A DNA stretch of 54,788 bases from positions 1-54,788 of the IMG/VR virus record IMGVR_UViG_3300037493_002677; one strand, 5' to 3'. This document shows, piece by piece, positions 27,740-36,040 of the stretch. Both the position numbers and the translations under genes were made by a program. Below the pieces are notes generated by a model, which did not search any database, had not been told where the DNA came from, and worked only from the letters and a program-made list of their open reading frames with translations. Every line of letters begins with the position of its first letter. Position 1 is the stretch's first letter. The stretch comes from a virus. Taxonomy: Duplodnaviria > Caudoviricetes.

Positions 27740-27806
27740 AGCGGTGGTGTTTGGCAACCCGTTCTTCCTGTGGCGAAAAATCCGGGTTGCCGCTCTGTTC
27801 CCCGCT
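27740..27806. ncRNA. Candidate Y-RNA-like hairpin 1
   Basis: AGCGG(T)GG/CCCCGCT terminal helix with a 1-nt bulge, internal loop, GGCAACCCG/CGGGTTGCC stem; upstream of Ro60. Confidence 0.55.
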
Positions 27807-27818
27807 GTATTAGTTTTA

Positions 27819-27883
27819 AAGGTGGCGTCAGCGTTCTGGTTCATCCCTCTAAGATAACCACCAGTGCGCGCTCTGTTCCCCTT
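27819..27883. ncRNA. Candidate Y-RNA-like hairpin 2
   Basis: AAGG(T)GG/CCCCTT helix; same GGTGGYGT and CGCTCTGTTCCCC motifs, each exactly 78 nt after those of hairpin 1. Confidence 0.55.
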
Positions 27884-27902
27884 ATACTCAAAGGAGTATA
27901 GC

Positions 27903-29297
27903 ATGTCCAGTTTGAACGTAACAACAAAGCCTGCTCCGATCTTCACTCACGAAGGCGGGCAAGCAGTCCGGATCACTCCCCTCCAAGAACTCACCCGTAC
28001 CACCATGGCATGCATGCTGTGGGAGGACGGCTTCTACGAAGACGGTAAGTCCATTGGCTCCCGCATCCGCGACCTGGTTCACAAGGTAACATTGGAGCAA
28101 GCAGCTGGCGTGGCGATCGAAGCTCGCACCAACATGAAGCTGCGCCACGTGCCTCTATTGATCGTGCGCGAGATGGCTCGGCATCCAAAGCTGAAGACGA
28201 ATCCCAAGGTGGTTAGCGAGACGCTGGCCGAAGTCATTCAGCGCCCCGACGAGCTGTCTGAGTTCTTGGCCATCTACTGGGCGGAGGGCAAGTGCCCGCT
28301 CAGCAAGCAGGTCAAGCTGGGGCTCGCCAAGGCGTTCCAGAAGTTCAACGAGTACAGTCTCGCCAAGTACAACCGCAAGAAGGACATCATGCTGCGGGAC
28401 GTGCTGTTCTTGTGCCACTCGAAGCCGGTGGATGGGCAGGGGAATTGGACGAAGCAGATTCGTGCCGGGTACAAGGACAAGCCGACCCCGTTCGAGCCGA
28501 TGCCCGGTGAGCTGTTGTACGGCAAGCTGATCTATGACCAACTCGAAACGCCCGATACATGGGAGGTGGAGCTGAGCGCAGGCGGCGACAAGGGAGCAGT
28601 GTTCATGCGGTTGATGGAGGAGAACAAGCTGGGCGACCTGGCGTTCCTCCGCAATCTGCGGAACATGACCGAGGCTGGGATTACACCACTGAAGCTAGCG
28701 CACTATGGCGATAAGCGAAAGTGGGGACGAGTGCTGCCTTTTCGGTTCATTGCCGCCGCGCGCGTAGTTCCTCAACTCGAGCCACACCTTGAACGCTGGA
28801 TGTTCAAGTGTCTCGAAGGTTCCAAGAAGCTGCCTGGAAAGACTGTGCTCTGTATCGACGTGTCGGGTTCGATGCGGGACAAGCTCTCCGGCAAGTCTGA
28901 CCTCTCTCGGCTTGACGCTGCTAAGGCCTTGGCCATGCTGCTCCGCGAGGTCTGTGAGGAGATTGAAGTAGTGCGATTCAATACCTCCGCACAAGTTATC
29001 CCGCCACGTCGCGGCTTCGCACTGGGCGACGTAATTGGACAGGCTAACGGCGGTACGAACATCGGCGGTACGGTCGGGGCAATCAACGCCCAGATCAAGC
29101 ACGACCGGTTGATCGTGCTGACCGACGAGCAGAGCGCATCACAGGTGCCTCGGCCTACCGTATCGCGGGCATACATGATCAACGTTGGTACAAGCAAGAA
29201 CGGGGTTGGCTACGGTACCTGGCTCCACATTGACGGGTTCAGCGAGGCAGTCGTGGATTACATCCAGAGGCATGAGGCAGCTCAGGGCGAATCTTGA
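27903..29297 (+). CDS. Ro60/Rsr-like TROVE + vWA RNA-binding protein
   Basis: THEGG...LWEDGFYEDG, LRHVP, IQRPDELSEFLAIYW, F.KFNEY.LAKY, LRDVLFLCH.KP, PDTWE, AFLRNLRN, VLPFRF..A, vWA MIDAS DVSGSM, GGT, LTDEQ. Confidence 0.92.
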   Translation: MSSLNVTTKPAPIFTHEGGQAVRITPLQELTRTTMACMLWEDGFYEDGKSIGSRIRDLVHKVTLEQAAGVAIEARTNMKLRHVPLLIVREMARHPKLKTNPKVVSETLAEVIQRPDELSEFLAIYWAEGKCPLSKQVKLGLAKAFQKFNEYSLAKYNRKKDIMLRDVLFLCHSKPVDGQGNWTKQIRAGYKDKPTPFEPMPGELLYGKLIYDQLETPDTWEVELSAGGDKGAVFMRLMEENKLGDLAFLRNLRNMTEAGITPLKLAHYGDKRKWGRVLPFRFIAAARVVPQLEPHLERWMFKCLEGSKKLPGKTVLCIDVSGSMRDKLSGKSDLSRLDAAKALAMLLREVCEEIEVVRFNTSAQVIPPRRGFALGDVIGQANGGTNIGGTVGAINAQIKHDRLIVLTDEQSASQVPRPTVSRAYMINVGTSKNGVGYGTWLHIDGFSEAVVDYIQRHEAAQGES

Positions 29298-29334
29298 GCC
29301 GAGCGCGGTACCGGTGACGCAGCCAACCACCGGC

Positions 29335-29426
29335 CTCTTTTGATGAGGGTGTTTTAAGTCCGGGAACCATTGACCAAGTCCGGCTAGAAAACGAAAGGCT
29401 ACCTGAAAGCACCCTCTTCAAAGGAG
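29335..29426 (+). ncRNA. Long-stem structured RNA A (sequesters the downstream RBS)
   Basis: CTCTTTTGA-T-GAGGGTGTTTT pairs with GAAAGCACCCTC-T-TCAAAGGAG (G.U pairs favour the + strand); inner hairpin loop CATTGACCAA. Confidence 0.55.
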
Positions 29427-29433
29427 AAACAAA

Positions 29434-29631
29434 ATGGCGACAGAATATATCAGCACCCAGCAAATGAGCTACGACGAGCACATGAGGCAGATTCAGTACG
29501 ACCTGATGAAAAACCCGCAGATATATCAACCGGGGCGCAGTCAGCTGGGCGACTGGGATAACCCGAACGGCTACAGCGCCGAGCCGCAACCGAAGAAGCC
29601 CAACAAGGTTTTACTTTTACTCAACCGTTGA
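29434..29631 (+). CDS. Small hypothetical protein ending in NKVLLLLNR
   Basis: AAGGAG RBS, 65 aa. Confidence 0.6.
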   Translation: MATEYISTQQMSYDEHMRQIQYDLMKNPQIYQPGRSQLGDWDNPNGYSAEPQPKKPNKVLLLLNR

Positions 29632-29645
29632 AAAGGAGAAGCACC

Positions 29646-29933
29646 ATGGCATTCAAAATCAAACCGTTCAAAGACCTCGTCTCCCTCACCAAGGAGAAGC
29701 TGGACGAAGCTCTTGTCCCGTTGCGCGTCCGGGCGGCAAAGGCCAAAGCCGAGGGCGAAGTCATCAAGCTGGAAGAGAAGCTTATTGGCCTCGAAACCAA
29801 GCTGAACGAAGCTTGCGCCAAGAAGGAGCTGGACTTCAACGGCATCGGCGACCTGATGGACGAATATGACCTCACCGAGCGCCGGCTGACCCAGATCAAA
29901 GACCTCGTCGCGGCGCTGTTCCCGGAGAAGTAA
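29646..29933 (+). CDS. Coiled-coil hypothetical protein
   Basis: MAFKIKPFKD... with AAGGAG RBS. Confidence 0.65.
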   Translation: MAFKIKPFKDLVSLTKEKLDEALVPLRVRAAKAKAEGEVIKLEEKLIGLETKLNEACAKKELDFNGIGDLMDEYDLTERRLTQIKDLVAALFPEK

Positions 29934-30314
29934 ATGGCAACAAAGGCGACCACCACCGTATCGGCGGAGCACATCGATGAGGCATTGCGCCAGCGTGGGC
30001 AGCTTACGGTCAGGGTCAATGACTCCCCCATGCTGTTTGAGCTCACCCGCCGGGGCGTCGAGGTCAATGCTGGGGGTACGCGATACGTCATGTGCCAAGC
30101 GCGGGACATCGAGCGGGACTGCATTACGTTTCGCGTGAAGGTGGACGGTCGCTGGGAGTGCACGGCAACGCAGGGGCGCGACGGGGTGAGCCACTTCGAG
30201 GTGATCGACAAGGCTGGCGATCCGTTCGGAATAACAGGTTACACGCGAGGGGAGCTAATGCCTACCACCACCAATGAAAAACGAAACAGGGTACTATTAC
30301 TATGCCAAAGCTAG
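29934..30314 (+). CDS. Hypothetical protein ending in NRVLLLCQS
   Basis: 126 aa, overlaps the polA start. Confidence 0.55.
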   Translation: MATKATTTVSAEHIDEALRQRGQLTVRVNDSPMLFELTRRGVEVNAGGTRYVMCQARDIERDCITFRVKVDGRWECTATQGRDGVSHFEVIDKAGDPFGITGYTRGELMPTTTNEKRNRVLLLCQS

Positions 30315-32143
30315 TAGCATTTGACTTTGAGTCGGAGGGTATACAGGCTTTTCCAGATTACCCGCCCAAGCCGACAATGCTCGGTATTTACGAGGATGGT
30401 AAGAAGCCTAGGTACATGTCATGGGGGCACCCAGGCAAGAACAACTCGACGGAGGCGAAGGCACGGGAGGTCTTGACTAAGTTGTGGAATGATCCTAAAG
30501 TAGAACTGATTGCACAGAACCTAGCCTTTGACATGGCAATCGCGCACGTGCATTGGGGGTTGCCATTATTCAGAGGAGCCAAGTGCCATGACACAATGGT
30601 CCAGGCGTTTCTGTTGGATCCACATGCCAAGACTTACTCTTTGAAGCCGAACGCCGAGCGTTATCTGGGGCTCCCACCGGACGAGCAAGACGCCGTGCGG
30701 GATTGGCTAGTAGCCAACAAAGTAGTACGGGCTAACCAAAAGGATTGGGGTGCCTACATCAGCCATGCTCCCGCCGAAATTGTTGGACCATACTGTGTTG
30801 GTGACGTCGAGCGGACCATGCAGTTGTTTAAGTTGTTCAAGACAAAGGTCGAAGAGCTGGGTATGACGGAGGCTTATACAAGAGAACTTGAGCTAACGCC
30901 TATTATGTTGGAGAGCACGCTAGCCGGTGTGGTGGTGGACGTTAAAACACTTGCGGCCGACGTAGCTATTTACACACGGGCCATGGTGGATATTGAACAG
31001 CTGCTGTTTAAAGAGCTGAAGTCTGGGCCATTCAACATTGACAGCGATGAGGAGCTGGCCAATGCTATCGACAAGGCAATTCCAGGATTGTCGTGGGCAC
31101 TGACCGCAACGGGTAAGCGGTCCACTTCTAAAGCAAACATGGAGGCCACGCTCGAAGGCGTAACAGGTAAGTTAGGTGCCATCCTACAGTATCGTGCATC
31201 GATCAATACCTGCTTGAATACATTTATGAGCCCATGGCTGAAACAGGCGCAGGCTGGTGATGGTCGGATGCGGTGTCAGTGGAACACCACCCGGTCAGAC
31301 ACTGCTGGCGCGCGAACTGGGAGGCTAAGCTCCACTCCCTCACTGATGAATATCCCGACACTGACCTCTGCCAAGTTTGCGCACGCTATTAAGCTGCACT
31401 TGGAGTGGCTGCCGGAGTTCCCGTCCCTCCCCAATGTGCGTAGCTACTTGACCGCTGACCGTGGGGATTGCCTGGTTTCTTTTGACTTTGCTTCTCAGGA
31501 ACTTAGAACCTTGGCGCACTACGAGGACGGTGTGCTGCTCCAGGCGTACAAAGATGACCCGGCACAGGACTTGCATCAGTATGCCGCGGACCTTATCTCG
31601 GATCAGCTAGGCATACCGTTTAGCAGAAAACAGGCTAAGACCTGCGCTTTCGCCATTCTCTATGGGTCCGGGCTTGGCACTTTGGCGAAACAGCTGGAGT
31701 CGACAGTTGATGAGGCCAATGCAATTAAGAAGGCTTACCTGAAAGTCTTGCCCGGGGTGGCTGATCTGATCAAGGGACTGAAGCAACGCGCCAAGAACGA
31801 CGAGCCTATCATTACATGGGGAGGTCGAGTGTACTACGTTGAGCCGCCTAAGATGGTGGATGGTCGGCTGCGCACATTCGACTACAAGCTGCTAAATTAC
31901 CTGTGCCAAGGCTCTGCGGCTGACTTAACCAAAGCGGCAATCGTAGAGTACCGCAAGCGAGCGGAGCACGGCAGAATAGTAATTACTGTACATGACCAGA
32001 TCGTCATTACGGTTCCCAAGAAGCACTGGAAGCCAGAAGCTAAGATCCTCAGGAGTTGTATGGAGGACTTGCCACTTGATGCGAAGCTGTTGGCAGACGG
32101 GTCTGTTGGACCCAATTTACATAACCTAGAGGATTTCAAATGA
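30302..32143 (+). CDS. polA: DNA polymerase family A with 3'-5' exonuclease
   Basis: ExoI DFE, ExoII NLAFD, ExoIII Y...D; TGRLSS; motif A DFASQELR; motif B RKQAKTCAFAILYG (Phe at the F762-equivalent); motif C VHDQ. Confidence 0.93.
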   Translation: MPKLVAFDFESEGIQAFPDYPPKPTMLGIYEDGKKPRYMSWGHPGKNNSTEAKAREVLTKLWNDPKVELIAQNLAFDMAIAHVHWGLPLFRGAKCHDTMVQAFLLDPHAKTYSLKPNAERYLGLPPDEQDAVRDWLVANKVVRANQKDWGAYISHAPAEIVGPYCVGDVERTMQLFKLFKTKVEELGMTEAYTRELELTPIMLESTLAGVVVDVKTLAADVAIYTRAMVDIEQLLFKELKSGPFNIDSDEELANAIDKAIPGLSWALTATGKRSTSKANMEATLEGVTGKLGAILQYRASINTCLNTFMSPWLKQAQAGDGRMRCQWNTTRSDTAGARTGRLSSTPSLMNIPTLTSAKFAHAIKLHLEWLPEFPSLPNVRSYLTADRGDCLVSFDFASQELRTLAHYEDGVLLQAYKDDPAQDLHQYAADLISDQLGIPFSRKQAKTCAFAILYGSGLGTLAKQLESTVDEANAIKKAYLKVLPGVADLIKGLKQRAKNDEPIITWGGRVYYVEPPKMVDGRLRTFDYKLLNYLCQGSAADLTKAAIVEYRKRAEHGRIVITVHDQIVITVPKKHWKPEAKILRSCMEDLPLDAKLLADGSVGPNLHNLEDFK

Positions 32144-32829
32144 GCACACCAAAACCCAAGATAACAGCCTGGTCATTCAGCCGCTGGAACGAGTACGAAA
32201 GCTGCCCACAGCGCACTCACTTCAAGGTCAACATGAAGATGAAGGAGCCGACCGGACCGGCCTTGGTGCGTGGCACTGAGCTGCACAAGCAGTGCGAGGA
32301 CTACCTGAAGAAGGGTGGGCGCATTCCCAAGGAACTCAAGCTGATCGGTGATGTGCTCAAGGACTACAAGAAGCGCGGGGCTATTGCAGAAGCCGAGTTC
32401 ACCTTTACCAAGGACTGGAAACCAACCTCTTGGTTTGGCTCAGACGCCTGGTGCCGGGTTAAGGCTGACGTGACCATCCCGCCGATCGCAGACAGCGACG
32501 AGCCCATTGTTGAAGTGCACGACTTCAAGAGCGGTAAGCTCAAGGACCAATATTCGGAGTACGGCCTGCAGTTAGACCTGTACGCCTTGGCTGGCCTGAT
32601 GGCTTATCCCACCGCCAAGCGTGCAAAGACGTCCATGGTATTCATCGATCACGGTAAGGTGGTGCCTGTGGAGACGGAGCACACGCAGAAGGACGTCAAG
32701 ACACTGACCAAAGCCTGGGAGCTGAGGGTCAAGCGCATGCTTAACGATACACAGTTCAAGCCAACGCCTGGTGATGGCTGCCGCTGGTGTACATTCAGCA
32801 AGGCCCGTGGCGGGATGTGTGCATTCTAA
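32140..32829 (+). CDS. PD-(D/E)XK exonuclease (Cas4/RecB-like)
   Basis: WSFS...CP, GTELH, D...HDFKSG, QL.LY, CRWC...C. Confidence 0.8.
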   Translation: MSTPKPKITAWSFSRWNEYESCPQRTHFKVNMKMKEPTGPALVRGTELHKQCEDYLKKGGRIPKELKLIGDVLKDYKKRGAIAEAEFTFTKDWKPTSWFGSDAWCRVKADVTIPPIADSDEPIVEVHDFKSGKLKDQYSEYGLQLDLYALAGLMAYPTAKRAKTSMVFIDHGKVVPVETEHTQKDVKTLTKAWELRVKRMLNDTQFKPTPGDGCRWCTFSKARGGMCAF

Positions 32830-33158
32830 TGTTTAAACCCCCAAAAGCTAAGCCACCCCTCGAGGCTAAGGAGGAGGCGGATTTTGTCAAGGCGCTGAAG
32901 AACTGTGGCGTGGAGTTCAAGGTACGAAAGCTGAACGGATTAGGCTACCGCTCTTGGCCTGACCGCTTAGTGCTCGGCCCTGAGCGCTTCATGATCATGA
33001 TTGAATTGAAGCGCAAGGAAACCGGCAAACTGTCACAGGGCCAGAGTGACCTGTTTGACGAGCTTTTCGAAATCGGCCATCAAGTTTTTGTCTTTGATGA
33101 CGGAAAGGAAGCTGCGGCCTTTGTCATGCAGCGTTTTGAGGAGCATGTCTGTGGGTAA
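32829..33158 (+). CDS. VRR-NUC nuclease
   Basis: E..F...WPDRLV...IELKR..GKLS.GQ. Confidence 0.8.
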   Translation: MFKPPKAKPPLEAKEEADFVKALKNCGVEFKVRKLNGLGYRSWPDRLVLGPERFMIMIELKRKETGKLSQGQSDLFDELFEIGHQVFVFDDGKEAAAFVMQRFEEHVCG

Positions 33159-33651
33159 GTACGTCCTTTCTGCTGAGGCCAAGAAACGTAAAGCTGAGAC
33201 ATCAAAAGCTTGGAGAGCACGTAACTTGGAACATGCAAAAGCAATGTGCAATGCTTGGAAGGCTGCTAATCCATTAAAGAGCAAAGCAGCGGCGGCAAGA
33301 TGGTGCATCATGAACCCTGAAAAGGTTATACGCGCCAATGCTTCAAGAGACCCGGCAAAATCAAAAGTATTGGCTCAGAAATTTTATAGGAACAACCCAG
33401 GATATGCAGTTGCAGGTAGCAGGCTATACGCGCTAAAGAAAATACAAAGAACGCCTGCATGGGCGTCTAGAGCCGCCATTACGCAATTCTATAGAAAAGC
33501 GGCTGAGTTGACAAAAGCCACTGGCATTGTTCACCACGTTGATCATATTATTCCTTTACGTGGAAAGCTAGTATCTGGGTTGCATGTTGAAAACAATTTA
33601 CAAATTCTAGATGCTAAGTCCAATCTTACTAAAGGTAAGCGCTATGCCTGA
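33145..33651 (+). CDS. HNH homing endonuclease
   Basis: RTPAWA...HHVDHIIPLRGKLVSGLHVENNLQIL...N..K. Confidence 0.85.
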   Translation: MSVGKYVLSAEAKKRKAETSKAWRARNLEHAKAMCNAWKAANPLKSKAAAARWCIMNPEKVIRANASRDPAKSKVLAQKFYRNNPGYAVAGSRLYALKKIQRTPAWASRAAITQFYRKAAELTKATGIVHHVDHIIPLRGKLVSGLHVENNLQILDAKSNLTKGKRYA

Positions 33652-35032
33652 GCCATGGAAGCCTTTAAAATTTCAAGAGCGGGGCGTACAGCATTTGGTT
33701 GAGCGTTCACATGCAGGGCTCTGTTTGAAACCCGGAATGCGCAAAACATCTATAACCTTGGCGGCGTTCAAGGTGCTGAAGAAAGTCAAAATGGTGGACA
33801 CTATGCTTGTCCTTGCGCCCCTTCGTGTGATTTACACCTCCTGGCCCCAAGAGGTGCGTAAGTGGGAGGAGTTCTCAGGGCTGTCCGTTGGCATCCTGCA
33901 TGGCAAGCATAAGGACAAAGTGCTGAGGGAGAAGCACGACGTTTACCTGGTGAACTACGAAGGCATCAAGTGGTTGCTAGAGCAGCTTGCTACCTTCAAG
34001 AAGTTCCCATTTGATATGCTGGTGGCCGACGAAAGTACTAAACTGAAGAATACCGCGTCTGCCCGTTTCAAGCTGATCAAACCGTGGCTGCGGTTCTTCA
34101 AGCGCCGCGTGATTCTGACCGGCTCCCCAATGGCTAACCGATTGCTAGATATTTTCGGGCAGGCCTACGTCATGGACAGCGGCGCAACGTTCGGGCCATA
34201 CATCACCAAGTTCAGGGAGGAGTTGTTCCTTCCGCTTGACGACTATGGTAACTGGGTACCTAAGCACGGCACCGAGGCGATTATACATGCCAGGCTCGCG
34301 CCTCGTGTATACTACGCCCACAGTGAAGACTGGCTCAACTTGCCACCACTAATTGAGAAGGACATTGAAATTGAGCTCCCACCTAAGGCCATGGCTGCTT
34401 ACAGGCAGATGGAGAATGCTCTCCGTCTGGATTTCGAAGCCGGGCGCGTAGTAGCCGCAAACACAGGCGTGGCTACTATGAAATGTAGGCAAATTGCTAA
34501 TGGCGGCTGTTATCTAGACGGTATGAACAAGACGTGGGAACATATTCATGAGGCCAAGGTGGAGGCAGTCGTTGATCTGGTGGAGGAGCTACAGGGCGCA
34601 CCAGCGCTGATTACCTATGAATTCCTGCACGACCTTGACCGCTTGAAAAAGGCGTTGGGAAAAGATACCCCACACATCGGTAAAGGTGGCGTAGCCCCAA
34701 ATCAAATGACCAAGCTCATAGCTGCTTGGAACCGAGGTGAGATTCCATACATTATCGTCAACGAGCAGTCAATGTCGCACGGAGTTGACGGGTTACAGGA
34801 AGCCGGGCGGGCAGTGATCTGGCACTCGCTCACGTACAACTTCGAGAACTACGATCAGCTGATCCGGCGTCTCAGGCGGTCAGGTCAACGTGAACGCGTG
34901 CTGGTGGCCCACATTATTGCCAAGGATACTATTGACTCCGTGCTGCTAGCTACATTGCGGCGCAAGGACAAGACACAAGGAAATTTGTTTAGCGCTTTGA
35001 AGGATTACTGGGTTACGAATGCTAATCGATAG
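33644..35032 (+). CDS. SNF2-like DNA helicase
   Basis: PGMRKT, VLAP, DES, LTGSP..N, HGVDGLQ, Q...RL.RSGQ. Confidence 0.88.
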   Translation: MPEPWKPLKFQERGVQHLVERSHAGLCLKPGMRKTSITLAAFKVLKKVKMVDTMLVLAPLRVIYTSWPQEVRKWEEFSGLSVGILHGKHKDKVLREKHDVYLVNYEGIKWLLEQLATFKKFPFDMLVADESTKLKNTASARFKLIKPWLRFFKRRVILTGSPMANRLLDIFGQAYVMDSGATFGPYITKFREELFLPLDDYGNWVPKHGTEAIIHARLAPRVYYAHSEDWLNLPPLIEKDIEIELPPKAMAAYRQMENALRLDFEAGRVVAANTGVATMKCRQIANGGCYLDGMNKTWEHIHEAKVEAVVDLVEELQGAPALITYEFLHDLDRLKKALGKDTPHIGKGGVAPNQMTKLIAAWNRGEIPYIIVNEQSMSHGVDGLQEAGRAVIWHSLTYNFENYDQLIRRLRRSGQRERVLVAHIIAKDTIDSVLLATLRRKDKTQGNLFSALKDYWVTNANR

Positions 35033-35040
35033 GATATAAT
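35012..35040 (+). promoter_or_regulatory. Sigma70-like promoter
   Basis: GTTACG-17 bp-TATAAT. Confidence 0.6.
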
Positions 35041-35073
35041 AACTATACTAACAAGTTCATAAGGACTTAGAAA

Positions 35074-35709
35074 ATGGAATATCCAGTTGTAGTCGTTACT
35101 AAGAAGGGCCGTGGGATGCTACTAGTATCTGAGACCCAGGCCATACATGTGGCTGAGGAAGACGGTCTCATTGAGTATACTGAAGACATCCCTAAGGATC
35201 TGAGGTATACAGATTTTCCAGTCAGTGTCTATGCCAATCACTTGGCGGCAGGCACTTGTCACCACCCATATGAGACAGCCGTAGTACGCGGATTGCAAAC
35301 CTGCTACGAAAACTTCCTCATGCCGGTATACTGCTCGAAAGAGCAGTGCCAAAAACTTTTGAATTCGATGGCGCGCCCAGTCGCCGCGAGTGTATTTTTC
35401 CCTTTCTGGGCACCACCTAAACTTGAACAGGAGTCGGAAGACATGGCAACGAAGAAAGCATCCGCAGCAAAACCAGCAGCTACTAAGGCTGTAAAGAAGG
35501 CTGCGCCTGCCGCCAAAGCTACTAAGAAGGCTGCAGCACCGGCTGAAGGCGCCAAGAAGCGTGGCGTCGGCGCATTTTGTAAAGAACTAATCGTCAAGGG
35601 CAAGACCAACGACGAAATTCTGGAAGCGCTGGCCAAGGAATTCCCTGATGCCAATACCTCCAAGGGCAGCTTGGCGTTCTACCGCAACGCCGTCAAGGCC
35701 GGCAAGTAA
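35074..35709 (+). CDS. Hypothetical protein with an Ala/Lys-rich (H1-like) linker and helical C-domain; likely internal start at 35443
   Basis: KKASAAKPAATKAVKKAAPAAK...; CAGGAG before the internal ATG. Confidence 0.6.
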   Translation: MEYPVVVVTKKGRGMLLVSETQAIHVAEEDGLIEYTEDIPKDLRYTDFPVSVYANHLAAGTCHHPYETAVVRGLQTCYENFLMPVYCSKEQCQKLLNSMARPVAASVFFPFWAPPKLEQESEDMATKKASAAKPAATKAVKKAAPAAKATKKAAAPAEGAKKRGVGAFCKELIVKGKTNDEILEALAKEFPDANTSKGSLAFYRNAVKAGK

Positions 35710-35710
35710 C

Positions 35711-36040
35711 ATGGCTGACGTCGACCTGACAAACATCAACACGGTCGATCTGCTCCAGGAGCTCACCCGCAGGGGTGGGCATCTGGAGGCTTTGGCCGAG
35801 GCTGGTTTGCTTTGCGCCAAGAAGGCCGAGGACTACAATGCTGGTACCATATCGAGGGACAGCTACTTCCCCTTCGGCCTGCAGTCCTACGCACAGATGA
35901 TCCATACGAAGTCGCAGCGGCTCATCTCGCTTTGTGGCAAAGACAGCTCCGAGAATTTCGAGTCGGCCCGTGACACCTGCTTGGACTTGGTTAATTACGC
36001 AGGATTCTGTGCAGACTGGCTAAAGAGGACTAAAAAATGA
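35711..36040 (+). CDS. DUF1599-like / nucleotide-modification-associated all-alpha protein
   Basis: KK.EDY...YFPFG..SY.QMI.TK..RL...ES..DT..DL.NYA. Confidence 0.65.
   Translation: MADVDLTNINTVDLLQELTRRGGHLEALAEAGLLCAKKAEDYNAGTISRDSYFPFGLQSYAQMIHTKSQRLISLCGKDSSENFESARDTCLDLVNYAGFCADWLKRTKK

Noticed and set aside
27791-27883. CTGTTCCCCGC resembles the 5' half of a type I-E CRISPR repeat, and the motif occurs twice
   Set aside because: No GCGGGG second arm follows, there are only two copies, the period is 78 nt rather than about 61, and no cas genes are present. The motif instead pairs with upstream sequence.
27740-27883. tRNA genes or a YrlA-type tRNA-like domain
   Set aside because: No GTTCRA T-loop, D-loop or cloverleaf could be built. 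No tRNA was seen elsewhere in the window.
29339-29410. TGATGAG...CGAAA looks like a hammerhead ribozyme core
   Set aside because: The core is TTGATGA, not CTGATGA, and it is buried in the long stem. There is no proper stem II, and the would-be cleavage triplet ends in G.
32140-32829. Cas4-like nuclease as evidence of a CRISPR system
   Set aside because: Standalone PD-(D/E)XK exonuclease in the usual PolA-VRR-NUC-SNF2 phage replication module; no array.
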